Assembly (NCBI GenBank): GCA_035434405.1
Contig: DAORWU010000013.1
Span: forward strand, 22,688-86,687
DNA: 64,000 nt
Direction of reading: 5' to 3'
Source of the DNA: Niabella sp.
Lineage (GTDB): Bacteria > Bacteroidota > Bacteroidia > Chitinophagales > Chitinophagaceae
Position 1 is the first letter of the stretch, and each line of letters opens with the position of its first letter. Below are positions 18,739-28,866 of this stretch, piece after piece. The notes under the pieces were generated by a model that had not been told where the DNA came from, made no database searches, and saw nothing but the letters and a program-made list of their open reading frames with translations. A program made the position numbers and the translations under genes.

Positions 18739-21537
18739 CTAATTCGGAATCAAACTAACTGGTAGTAAAATTTCAAAAAATAGTTTTCGATTATTGATTG
18801 CCGATGAAGTGGCTAATTTACCCAGCCTGAAACCCAGACTGACAGGATGTTGGTTCCACCATTTAGTATCGAAATAAACTTCGGCACCCACACTCTGATA
18901 ATTTTTCCAGGGCCTATCTTTTTTTATTTCCACACCAGTATTGTCCCAAAATAGATTGGCTCTCACCCTTTGCAAATAAAAGATATTGGCAAATCCCCAA
19001 TCGGGATAAAACAAGGGTAAGTGATAATTGAACCCCGTGGTAAAAAGTTTGCCGGAATCCAGGGCATGGTATCCTCTGGCAAAAGCTATATTGTTAGCAA
19101 AAATTCGATCCCGCTGTCCTGAGGTTAGAACAGAACCAGAAAGCACCAAACCATGTGTGGAACCAATACCGGGCAGGTATAGGAGTACACTTGCACTTCC
19201 CTGCCAGCTTTCATACATATTGAGTGCATGTCTGAAACGCAGGCTGGCACTATATCCCAGCCTGGGGTAGATCTGTTGCCCCATGGTCTGTACCCGTTGA
19301 TACCAGGATACACTATGCGAAAGATAGTTATACCTCAGTTGTCGAAATTTATCTTTGTTTGCTCCGGTATTAAAATCTATGCGCTGGTACAAATTGCTAT
19401 ACACCGATAAAGATTTATGGGTTTTATGGGAGGTCCAATGAAGCGGAAGACTTAGACCAATATGGTTATTCCACTCGTTCCATTGCTTTATCTTATTTGA
19501 CACCAGCGTTTTTCGGTTATAAGTATATTCCGTTCCCATGCTGATTTGAGGAAATAACCCTGCGTAGGTAATGCTGGCTCCGGTGCTGTGGGTTCTACTG
19601 TTTTGATTGTACAAATAATAGACTTCTGTGGATACCGTATTCAGGATATTGTTCCCATACAAAGTGAAACTATACTCAGGGTCGGAATAATTGGGTCGCC
19701 AGCTATGGAAATTGAACGGGCGAAAAAGTGAAGGATATTTTAAAACCTTGCCAGCGGTAGGATTGATCATTGAATCCCTTGTTGCCGGCTTTATTTCAGC
19801 TAATAAATCTACTTTGGATTTTGTAAAAAAGTCTATTGAAATTTGTTTCCAAAGAGTCGTATCATCCGAAACCTGTTGTAACTGGTAACCATCGGCGGTA
19901 AAAGTGCTCCATGTTTGTTTTCCAAAATTATTGCTGGGGAAATAGCTTCCTACGCCAGGCGTTTTAAACGTATAGAGTGACTGACTTTTGATATCAAACT
20001 TAAAAATTTCGTCCTTTACATCCTGCGAAGCAGTAAAATAAACGATATCCTTATTTACCTCCAATTGCCCCACTATAGAGGAAGAAAAAGGAGTCAGGTT
20101 TTGAATGGAATCTGTAATCAGGTCAATTTTGGCAATAGCAGTGGTGGCATCATGCCTACGGAGTACAGCGATCACCGTATGTTGATCTACTATTTTTGGA
20201 TTGGCAAAATAGCTGATTTCTTTTCTTTTTATTTCTTTAATGGTCTGGCCATTTTTTCCATCCAGCACAATCAGTCCAGAACTACCATCGGTGGAAACAT
20301 GATTAGCTACAATCATACCTCCATCCTCCGAAATGTCAGGAGAAAAATATCGGGTTTTGTGCTTCAGGGTTCTTTGCTTTTGGGTGTTTATATCCAGCAC
20401 CTTAAGTACACTATAGTTCAACATTCCCCAACGTGGATGTGTTTCAAAAGCGGCATACACTATCCGGCCATTTCTATAACTAAACTGATCATCTATACTG
20501 ATATCCCGATGCCTGATCAAATGATCGCCAGTACTGTCCTTCACATAAAAAGCGGGTCGGCGGTTTACGCCATATTTCAAATACAATAATTCATTTTCAG
20601 AAATCTGAACCGGATAAACAGAGTTGGTGAGTTTACGTTTGTTTACAGGAGACAAACTGAGAAAATCCAAAGCAGAATCTTTTAGCAAACCATGTTCTTT
20701 AAATTTTTGTTCATAAAATTCTAGGGCCTGATTCCGAAAGCTACGATAACTAATCCCACTATGTTTTTTAATGGCTTTCTGAAACGGGTAGAACCAGCCT
20801 TTGTATGCACTGGCTTCGTGGGTTATTTTTCTCCAGAAATCATTTCCATATTTTAAGTATCCATAATTCACCAGCAAAAATCCCAGATCATAATGATTGG
20901 GCGTATAATCTTTAAAAGATCCATTTCTCAATTTCATCCAACTATACTTTTTGCCAGATGCCCAAAGTGATGGATATGCTTTTAGAAAAAAGGGTAATCT
21001 TCCCCTGCCCTGTGAGGACAAAGCCGTTTCGATAAAAACAGCATCTCCCTCAAAAAACCAATCGGGAATGGCTGTATTGATGGCAAGTGAATACCCCTCT
21101 TCGCCTAATAACTTTCTGATTATGGCGCTGGCACCATTTTCAAAATTGTTGTTCTGTTGCACATGTCTGTACTCATGTAAAGCCAGCTGTTTGGTCCAGG
21201 ACATCGTTCCTAGCTCAAAATTATCGGATGAAGGAGTTAAATAAAACTCACTCCGAAAAGGCCCCATCCCCACATATCCATTGGCCAAAACTGTTCTATT
21301 TTGAAGAACGATATTAATTTTACGCATCCTCTTACCCAGGCTCCATTGATGATAAACATTAGTACTTTGCACCAGTGCTTCCACTTCCGAAGCGATACTA
21401 TCCAAACCTTTTGGAAAAATAATTCTATTAGTAGCATAGTTTCGTTGTTGCCATTGAGTACTAGTGGGCATACCTCCAAAAACTTGGGCTGATAGCTGCA
21501 TAGTACAAAGGAAAATAGTTTGAATAGTGAGCAGCAT
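18739..21537 (-). CDS. Secreted/outer-membrane protein: HExxH region, PD40-like repeats and a C-terminal Omp85-like beta-barrel
   Basis: The preferred ATG at 21537 gives the signal peptide MLLTIQTIFLCTMQLSAQ. HEYRH lies at nt 21163-21177. A PD40-like segment reads YFSPDISEDGGMIVANHVSTDGSSG. The C-terminal ~320 aa have alternating hydrophobics, with ARGY (nt 19069-19080) and LFWDNTGV resembling the Omp85 loop-6 VRGF/Y and FxDxG motifs. Confidence 0.7.
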   Translation of the reverse strand: MLLTIQTIFLCTMQLSAQVFGGMPTSTQWQQRNYATNRIIFPKGLDSIASEVEALVQSTNVYHQWSLGKRMRKINIVLQNRTVLANGYVGMGPFRSEFYLTPSSDNFELGTMSWTKQLALHEYRHVQQNNNFENGASAIIRKLLGEEGYSLAINTAIPDWFFEGDAVFIETALSSQGRGRLPFFLKAYPSLWASGKKYSWMKLRNGSFKDYTPNHYDLGFLLVNYGYLKYGNDFWRKITHEASAYKGWFYPFQKAIKKHSGISYRSFRNQALEFYEQKFKEHGLLKDSALDFLSLSPVNKRKLTNSVYPVQISENELLYLKYGVNRRPAFYVKDSTGDHLIRHRDISIDDQFSYRNGRIVYAAFETHPRWGMLNYSVLKVLDINTQKQRTLKHKTRYFSPDISEDGGMIVANHVSTDGSSGLIVLDGKNGQTIKEIKRKEISYFANPKIVDQHTVIAVLRRHDATTAIAKIDLITDSIQNLTPFSSSIVGQLEVNKDIVYFTASQDVKDEIFKFDIKSQSLYTFKTPGVGSYFPSNNFGKQTWSTFTADGYQLQQVSDDTTLWKQISIDFFTKSKVDLLAEIKPATRDSMINPTAGKVLKYPSLFRPFNFHSWRPNYSDPEYSFTLYGNNILNTVSTEVYYLYNQNSRTHSTGASITYAGLFPQISMGTEYTYNRKTLVSNKIKQWNEWNNHIGLSLPLHWTSHKTHKSLSVYSNLYQRIDFNTGANKDKFRQLRYNYLSHSVSWYQRVQTMGQQIYPRLGYSASLRFRHALNMYESWQGSASVLLYLPGIGSTHGLVLSGSVLTSGQRDRIFANNIAFARGYHALDSGKLFTTGFNYHLPLFYPDWGFANIFYLQRVRANLFWDNTGVEIKKDRPWKNYQSVGAEVYFDTKWWNQHPVSLGFRLGKLATSSAINNRKLFFEILLPVSLIPN

Positions 21538-21730
21538 CCTGCACTTCCAAGAGATTTGACAGTGAGTCCGCAGCATATTAAGCAACAAGGATTATGAATA
21601 CAATAATTGAGTGCACCCAATAAAAATATAAAAATTGTTTTAGACAGGCTTGAAATTTGCAGGTAGAGGGCTAATAAATTACTTTTACAAATATTAAATA
21701 CCCTTCCTGAGGAAAATTAGAAATATATTA

Positions 21731-24700
21731 TTGATCGCTTTGGGCTCAGTTATTGCACTGGTAATAACTGTATGGCTCCTTATTCAGTTGCCCGGAGTTC
21801 AAAACTGGTTAATAGATAAAGTCACTTCCCGCCTTTCCAAAGATCTTCAAACCAAAATTGAAATAGACCGAGTGGATTTTTCGCTTTTCAATAAAATGAA
21901 ATTAAAGGGCGTATTGGTAGAAGACAGACAGAAGGATACTATTTTAAGTGCGGGAGAAATATCGGTCAATATTACCGATTGGTTTTTTCTAAAGAACAAT
22001 ATTGAACTCAAGTATATAGGCCTCAGGGATGTTTATGCACATCTTCAAAGATCCGACTCGGTATGGCGGCACCAATTTTTGATCGATTTTTTTTCCACAC
22101 CAGGCAGCACTCAAAAAAAACAAGGGGGCATCAACTTGGCGCTTAAAGAAGTTGATCTCAAAAACATCAGGATAAAACAACAGGACGGCTGGCGCGGAGA
22201 GGATATGACCATCTCGCTGGCTTCGCTGCATTCGCATCCCCGACAGGTGGACTTTAAGCAAAAAATAATGGCCCTAGATCTGTTAGATATCAATCAGCCC
22301 TATTTTGCTATTTATGACTATGAAGGCAATCGTCCCAAGGATTATGAAACCAAAGTAGAAGCCGTTTCTTCTGACACCAGCAGCCAGAGAGACTCCACCC
22401 AAGGCTGGAAGATCCTTGTTTCCAGTTTAAAATTGGGCAATGGTAAATTCAAATTAGATCAGGCTTCCCGCCCTTTGATTCCGGATGGGTTTGACCCCAA
22501 ACACATTGAATTCGCACATATTTATGGAGATTTTAAAAATGTAAAATGGGAGAACGATTCCATCACTGCTTCCGCAAAACTAAGCACTAAGGAACGAAGT
22601 GGTTTTGAAGTAAAGCACTTACTGGCCGATGCACGGTTTACTCCAACAGAAATGACTTTTGAAAATCTGGATATAGAAACCAACGACAGTCATTTGGGCA
22701 ATTTCTTTAGTATGCGTTATGATGCATTTGATGATATGAGCGATTTTGTGGAAAAAGTGAGGCTGGAAGGGCGTTTTCATCAATCTATTATCAATAGCGA
22801 TGATATTGCTTTTTTTGCTCCTGATTTAAAATCCTGGAAGAAAAAAATAGAATTGAACGGGGAAGTGAATGGCCCGGTGGCTGCTATGGTTGGAAAAAAC
22901 CTGGATCTGAAAGCAGGGGATCATACTTTCTTTACCGGCGATGCGTCCCTGACCGGCTTGCCCGAAATAAACAATACGTATATCGACGTAAAGGCAACTG
23001 AACTAAAAACCATCTATAGTGATGCGGTGGCTTTTGTGCCTCCACTCAAAGACATCGAAAGTATACATCTTTCAAAATTGGGACAAATTGTTTTCAAAGG
23101 AAACTTTGCCGGATTCATCAATGATTTTGTAACCTATGGAACCATTCAAACAGCATTAGGTACGGTGAAAGCGGATCTGAATATGAAACTACAGAATCCT
23201 AAATTCCCCGTTTATTCAGGTATGATCTCCACACCTTCTTTCAATCTGGGCGCATTGATTAATGATAGCACGCTAGGATATGTAAGTTTGGATGGAAACC
23301 TGAAAGGAACCGGTTTTGAAACAAGCAATGGAAACATAGGAGTGGATGCAAAGATTAATTTTATCGATTACAACAAGTATCGTTTTCAAAATATTACGGT
23401 AGATGGGGAGTTAAACAAAAAAATATTTGATGGTTCTGTTTTTGTAAATGATCCCAATGCGCACCTCAATTTAAATGGACTGATTGATCTTAGTAAAAAA
23501 AGTCCGGAGTTCAACTTCATAGCACATATAGATTCGGTGGATTTCAGGAAGATCAATTTATTGAATACCCCGATAGCTTTTCGGGGCAATATCAATGCAC
23601 AATTTTCAGGAAATAATATTGATGATTTTTTAGGCAATGCCAATATTACCAATGCCCAACTGACTCATGATGGTCATCCGCTTTCATTCAATTCACTTGT
23701 AATTCAGTCCACACAGGAGGATAGTCTCAAACACCTTAGTATTGTCTCCAATGAGTTTAATGCCGACTTGTTCGGTCAGTTCAAGATAACCGATCTGCCC
23801 AATGCCGTAACACAATTCTTAAATCGGTATTATCCATCCTATATAAAAAAGCCAAAACAATTTGTGTATAAGCAGGCTTTTAGTTTTGATGTGCAAACCG
23901 GAGATTTTGACAATTTTGCTCAAATGATCGACAGCAGTATTAGCGGACTAGACAATAGCCATATTACTGGCAGCATCAACACCAATACCAACAATCTGAA
24001 GTTAGAGGTTTCTGTTCCCGTTTTTAAATATCAACAATTTCGTTTCACGAATATCGACATCTTTGGCGAGGGCAATTATGACAGTCTCCTCCTTAGGGGT
24101 AGTGTAGATAATATTGGAATAACGGATAGCATTCAGGCCAATCTCACCTCCTTCAACTTAAAAGCATTTCAGGATGTTTCTGAGATAAATATTTTTGCTG
24201 GAAGCAATGGAGCTTTGGATCAGGCCCAACTAAAAGCGTTGGTAAACACTTATAGTGATGGCGTTGGTATTCGCTTTTCACCTTCCACTATTTTGGTAAA
24301 TGGGAAGTTATGGACTATCGAAGACAAAGGAGGATTTGAATATAGAAAGAACATTCCATCCAATGGTTTGCTGGTGTTCCGGGAAACTAATCAGGAAATA
24401 AAAATAGAAACCAAACAGGCTCCCAACGGCACCTGGAATGATATTGTCGTAGGCTTAAAGAATTTTAATCTGGGTGATATCTCCAGCTATCTGATGCCAC
24501 AGAACAGATTGGAAGGCCTAGTAAATGCCACTGTGGTTTTGGACAATCCGGGTAAGGATATGCGCATTCGTTCAGATGATTTTGTAGGAAGTGGGATAAG
24601 ATTAGATAATGATTCTTTGGGCAATATTAATGCTCAGGTTCTGTTCGACTTACCCACACAAGAACTTACTGTACAGGGAGGCACTATGGGTGATCAGGAA

Positions 24701-26551
24701 AAAAGTCTGGCCTATAATGTCAAGCTATTTTTTAAGGATAAACAGAGTCAGGAAAATAATTTAATAGCACTCAAGGCCAACCATTTCGATCTGAAATATC
24801 TGGATCGTTTTATGAATACACTTTTCTCTGATCTGAGTGGAGATATAACGGGCAATTTCGATATTAAAGGTCCTTTTGATGCACTCAATGTAGCTGGTAA
24901 AGGCCGTTTGCACAATGCTGGCTTGAAAGTAAATTTCACCCAATGCTACTATAAAATTTTGGATAAGGACATCACACTCACAGATAATGAAATCAATTTG
25001 AATGGAATTGTATTAAAAGACACAGTGACTGATAATCCGGTTTATCTTTCCGGAAGCATACTGCACAACTCCTTTGATAATATGTTTTTTGACATCACGG
25101 TGTCCACCCGTAAACCAGGCACCAGGGATAGCAGAAACAACCTGCCGGTGCAGGTATTGAATACCACCATTTCCGATAATAAAGTATTTTACGGTAATGT
25201 TAGAGCCACCGGTTCTTTTGTGCTGGTTGGTCCACAGGACAATGCGTTTATGAAAATCGATGCCATTGCCTCCGATCAGGATGAAAGTTTCTTCACGATC
25301 GCTTCCTCCAACAGCCGTGCAGGGAAAATGCCCGACTGGATGGTTGAAAGAAAGTATGGTGAAGAAATGGAAACCAAATATCCATTGGCAAATACCGACG
25401 GCAATATCACTTATGAACTGGACGTAACGGCAAATCCAAAAGTGCTGATGAAATTCGTGATGGACGACCTCACCGGCGATCAGATTGAAGGTCGCGGTTC
25501 AGGTTCACTAAACATAAGGGCAGGCACCACCGAAGACTTAGCCATAAAAGGCCGGTTGGATATAGAAGAAGGTAGTTATAACTATACTTTCAAATCGTTC
25601 TTCCCTAAACCGTTTGAGATCATCAAAGGCACAGAAAATTTTATAAGTTGGTCGGGAGACCCGATGAATGCCAAGATAAACCTGCAGGCAAGGTATAAAG
25701 CTGAACGGGTGAGCTTTTCTCCATTGGCTGGCATCAACATAGATCAGAGCTATGCCAATACCAGAGAAAATGTGTATGTGTACGCCAATCTGACCGGAGA
25801 ATTGTTTAAGCCTGATTTCAAGTTCGAACTGGAACTGGAACCCAATAGCCGCTACAGCAATGATTATAATGTAACCAATATGCTGCAACAAATAGAACGC
25901 AGCCAATCGGAGGTTACCCGTCAGGTCACCTACCTCATAGTATTTAATAGTTTTGCACCCCCCCAAACAGGTGTTTCAAATATTGGTATGGGAGCTGCAG
26001 CCATGGAACTCACCTATAGTACGATCTCTAGTTTATCTAGTTTGTTTTTTAATGAAATCAATAAAAAACTCAATAATGTATTGTCCGAATTGTTGGGTAC
26101 CGATGTTAGTGTGGTTTTTAGCGGATCGGTTTACAATAGAAATGTGCTAGGAACTTCCACCAATGATTTTGCGATTAATCAGGCCAATGTTACTGGTGCT
26201 TTAATGCTACCACTATTTAAGGATCGGCTGATTATTTCACTAGGCAGCACACTGGAAATGCAGTTGCAATCCTCCCTTCAAAAGAAAGTGCAGTTTCTTC
26301 CAGATGTAACGGCAGAGTGGCTGCTCAACCCTAGTGGAAGCATTCGGCTCAATCTGTTTTATCGTGAAAATCTGGACTTCCTGACCACTTCTAGTTCTGG
26401 GGCTGCAAAAAACCTAAAACGAACTGGAGGCGGTATTTCCTTTAGAAAAGAATTTGACAACTTCAGCGATGTATTCATCAATCAACGAAAAAAAGCAGCC
26501 AGAGAAATGGCCAGAGATACGATTAGCATACCCGATTCTTTAAGAAGATAG
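21731..26551 (+). CDS. tamB: TamB-like translocation and assembly module protein (AsmA-like/DUF490)
   Basis: 1606 aa with an N-terminal signal-anchor helix (IALGSVIALVITVWLLIQL) and a long beta-rich body. The size and architecture fit TamB. There is no in-frame ATG before the TM helix. The frame opens at 21698, with candidate starts CTG 21707, ATT 21716 and TTG 21731. Confidence 0.8.
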   Translation: MIALGSVIALVITVWLLIQLPGVQNWLIDKVTSRLSKDLQTKIEIDRVDFSLFNKMKLKGVLVEDRQKDTILSAGEISVNITDWFFLKNNIELKYIGLRDVYAHLQRSDSVWRHQFLIDFFSTPGSTQKKQGGINLALKEVDLKNIRIKQQDGWRGEDMTISLASLHSHPRQVDFKQKIMALDLLDINQPYFAIYDYEGNRPKDYETKVEAVSSDTSSQRDSTQGWKILVSSLKLGNGKFKLDQASRPLIPDGFDPKHIEFAHIYGDFKNVKWENDSITASAKLSTKERSGFEVKHLLADARFTPTEMTFENLDIETNDSHLGNFFSMRYDAFDDMSDFVEKVRLEGRFHQSIINSDDIAFFAPDLKSWKKKIELNGEVNGPVAAMVGKNLDLKAGDHTFFTGDASLTGLPEINNTYIDVKATELKTIYSDAVAFVPPLKDIESIHLSKLGQIVFKGNFAGFINDFVTYGTIQTALGTVKADLNMKLQNPKFPVYSGMISTPSFNLGALINDSTLGYVSLDGNLKGTGFETSNGNIGVDAKINFIDYNKYRFQNITVDGELNKKIFDGSVFVNDPNAHLNLNGLIDLSKKSPEFNFIAHIDSVDFRKINLLNTPIAFRGNINAQFSGNNIDDFLGNANITNAQLTHDGHPLSFNSLVIQSTQEDSLKHLSIVSNEFNADLFGQFKITDLPNAVTQFLNRYYPSYIKKPKQFVYKQAFSFDVQTGDFDNFAQMIDSSISGLDNSHITGSINTNTNNLKLEVSVPVFKYQQFRFTNIDIFGEGNYDSLLLRGSVDNIGITDSIQANLTSFNLKAFQDVSEINIFAGSNGALDQAQLKALVNTYSDGVGIRFSPSTILVNGKLWTIEDKGGFEYRKNIPSNGLLVFRETNQEIKIETKQAPNGTWNDIVVGLKNFNLGDISSYLMPQNRLEGLVNATVVLDNPGKDMRIRSDDFVGSGIRLDNDSLGNINAQVLFDLPTQELTVQGGTMGDQEKSLAYNVKLFFKDKQSQENNLIALKANHFDLKYLDRFMNTLFSDLSGDITGNFDIKGPFDALNVAGKGRLHNAGLKVNFTQCYYKILDKDITLTDNEINLNGIVLKDTVTDNPVYLSGSILHNSFDNMFFDITVSTRKPGTRDSRNNLPVQVLNTTISDNKVFYGNVRATGSFVLVGPQDNAFMKIDAIASDQDESFFTIASSNSRAGKMPDWMVERKYGEEMETKYPLANTDGNITYELDVTANPKVLMKFVMDDLTGDQIEGRGSGSLNIRAGTTEDLAIKGRLDIEEGSYNYTFKSFFPKPFEIIKGTENFISWSGDPMNAKINLQARYKAERVSFSPLAGINIDQSYANTRENVYVYANLTGELFKPDFKFELELEPNSRYSNDYNVTNMLQQIERSQSEVTRQVTYLIVFNSFAPPQTGVSNIGMGAAAMELTYSTISSLSSLFFNEINKKLNNVLSELLGTDVSVVFSGSVYNRNVLGTSTNDFAINQANVTGALMLPLFKDRLIISLGSTLEMQLQSSLQKKVQFLPDVTAEWLLNPSGSIRLNLFYRENLDFLTTSSSGAAKNLKRTGGGISFRKEFDNFSDVFINQRKKAAREMARDTISIPDSLRR

Positions 26552-26805
26552 ACCACGCCTTCTCCTATTCAAGTTTATTTTTGAATCGAAATATAAAATA
26601 AATCCTCACTGCAAAATCAATCACCCCAATCTATCATTACCAGTATTTAGGTTATAATTTTAAGCAATTACATCGGTGGTTAATACTTTAATATTAGTGT
26701 AATGAAATGCCTGATATACATTCCTCTGTGTAAATATTAATTATTCAAAGACGTTTCATTGTTTTTCATTTTTCTTTCTGCAATTTCATTTTATCTTCGC
26801 ACACT

Positions 26806-27810
26806 ATGAGTAATCGAAAAGAAATTGTATTGAGCGGTGTGCGCCCTACAGGAAACCTACATTTGGGAAATTATTTTGGAGCCTTACGCAATTATGTAAA
26901 AATGCAGGATGAGTACAACTGCTTCTTTTTTATAGCAGATCTCCATTCTCTCACCACCCATCCGGATACAAAAGCACTTAGAGAAAATGTATTGCATGTG
27001 GTATCAGAGTACCTGGCATGCGGTCTGGATCCGGCCAAGGTTACGCTATATTGTCAAAGCGATTTACCTCAGATTGCAGAGTTATATCTGTTCCTAAATA
27101 TGATGGCATACAAAGGAGAGTTGGAAAAAACCACCACCTTTAAAGACAAAGTACGCCTGCAACCAGAAAATGTGAATGCAGGACTATTGACCTATCCGGT
27201 ATTGATGGCTGCAGATATCCTAATCCATCGGGCCAAACTAGTACCCGTAGGAAAAGATCAGGAGCAACATTTGGAAATGACCCGAACTTTTGCCAATCGT
27301 TTTAATCATCGGTATGGCGAAGTTTTTCCCGAGCCACTGGCTTTCAATTTTGGCCAACAACTACTCAAAGTTCCCAGTCTGGATGGTGCAGGAAAAATGA
27401 GTAAGAGCGAAAACCAATATGCTACTGTTTATTTATCTGATGATGATGATCTGATTCGAAAAAAAATAATGAAAGCGAAAACAGATGCCGGTCCCACCGA
27501 ACTCAACAGTTCAAAACCTGATTACATTGAAAATGTTTTTGACCTGATGAAATTGGTGAGCAGGGAAGACACCATTCAAAAGTTTGAAGCCGACTACAAC
27601 AATTGCACTATTCGATACGGTGATATGAAAAAACAATTGGCCGAAGACATGGTTACTTATATTTCACCCATCAGACAAAAAGCAAAAAACATCAGAGAAA
27701 ACGAAGCCGAGTTGAAAATAATATTGAAAGTAGGTGCCCAAAAAGCAGCAGAAAGTGCGGATAATACGATCAACGAGGTAAGGCGTGTAATGGGTTTGAA
27801 ATATTTCTAG
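26806..27810 (+). CDS. trpS: Tryptophan--tRNA ligase
   Basis: 334 aa with a HIGH-like motif (PTGNLHLGNY) and KMSKS (GKMSKS). Confidence 0.95.
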   Translation: MSNRKEIVLSGVRPTGNLHLGNYFGALRNYVKMQDEYNCFFFIADLHSLTTHPDTKALRENVLHVVSEYLACGLDPAKVTLYCQSDLPQIAELYLFLNMMAYKGELEKTTTFKDKVRLQPENVNAGLLTYPVLMAADILIHRAKLVPVGKDQEQHLEMTRTFANRFNHRYGEVFPEPLAFNFGQQLLKVPSLDGAGKMSKSENQYATVYLSDDDDLIRKKIMKAKTDAGPTELNSSKPDYIENVFDLMKLVSREDTIQKFEADYNNCTIRYGDMKKQLAEDMVTYISPIRQKAKNIRENEAELKIILKVGAQKAAESADNTINEVRRVMGLKYF

Positions 27811-27874
27811 ATTAATAAAAAAAGAATCGCTATTTTGAATTTTTTCTTAACCTGTTTCCTATTTAGAAAAACTT

Positions 27875-28513
27875 ATGTCCAAATCCAAATTGATACCCAA
27901 ACATATTGCTATTGCCGGCAACATTGGTGCTGGTAAAACCACCCTTACACAAATGCTGGCCAAGCACTATAAGTGGATACCCAACTTCGAGGATGTGGAC
28001 CATAATCCATATCTGATGGACTTTTATGAAGATATGCCCCGTTGGAGTTTCAATCTGCAAATCTATTTTCTGCATGGCCGCCTCCGACAGTTGCTCGATA
28101 TTTATAACGGCACAGAAACAGTCATTCAGGATCGCACAGTATATGAAGATGCCAATATTTTCGCTCCCAACCTGCACGAAATGGGTTTGATGAGCAAGCG
28201 TGATTTTGAAAATTATTTTGAGTTTTTTCAGACACTAAAAAAAATGGTGAAGCCGCCAGACCTGTTGATTTACCTGAATGCATCGGTACCTACCTTAGTT
28301 GGTCAAATACAAAAACGCGGCCGCGAATACGAGGAAAATATTCGACTGGATTATCTGAAACGGCTGAACGAATTTTATAACAAATGGATCGCTGCCTACA
28401 AAGAAGGCCCATTGCTGATCATAGATGTGGACAAAAACAAGTTTGCCGAAAACGAAGAACATTTTGGGGAGATCATATCCAAAATAGACTCTACTTTATA
28501 TGGGCTTTTTTAG
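27875..28513 (+). CDS. Deoxynucleoside kinase
   Basis: 212 aa with P-loop IAGNIGAGKTTL, the NPYL..FY motif and the DR(T/S) motif of the dNK family. Confidence 0.85.
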   Translation: MSKSKLIPKHIAIAGNIGAGKTTLTQMLAKHYKWIPNFEDVDHNPYLMDFYEDMPRWSFNLQIYFLHGRLRQLLDIYNGTETVIQDRTVYEDANIFAPNLHEMGLMSKRDFENYFEFFQTLKKMVKPPDLLIYLNASVPTLVGQIQKRGREYEENIRLDYLKRLNEFYNKWIAAYKEGPLLIIDVDKNKFAENEEHFGEIISKIDSTLYGLF

Positions 28514-28866
28514 GTGAATATTTTCAAAAATCTGAAACAACTTTTACGCTGAATACAAACAACAACAAATTGGCGCTAACCAACATTTCCTTGTTTATTA
28601 TTTTGTACCCACTTATAGGGATCTTGTATCCAAAACATTTACTTTAACTATTGCTAAAGTCTGATCACAAATAATCCTATAAGCATTATACAATATTTAT
28701 TTTTTTTGTTCTGGCGAAACACTATCATCCTTCATTTTTGATTAGGAACCGACCCACCCTTGTATTTCATTTTTTCTAACCATCTTTTATTCTATCTTTA
28801 GCTCCTTAAAATCAGCACGCCAATCACAAATCTGATGGCTTTTCGAAAATTAAAATTTTTTTTCTG

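Noticed and set aside
20065-20589. 174-aa plus-strand ORF antisense to the Omp85-like gene
   Set aside because: It is a shadow ORF inside a long, well-supported minus-strand gene.
25538-25966. 142-aa minus-strand ORF antisense to tamB
   Set aside because: It is a shadow ORF inside the 1606-aa gene, with no independent signals.
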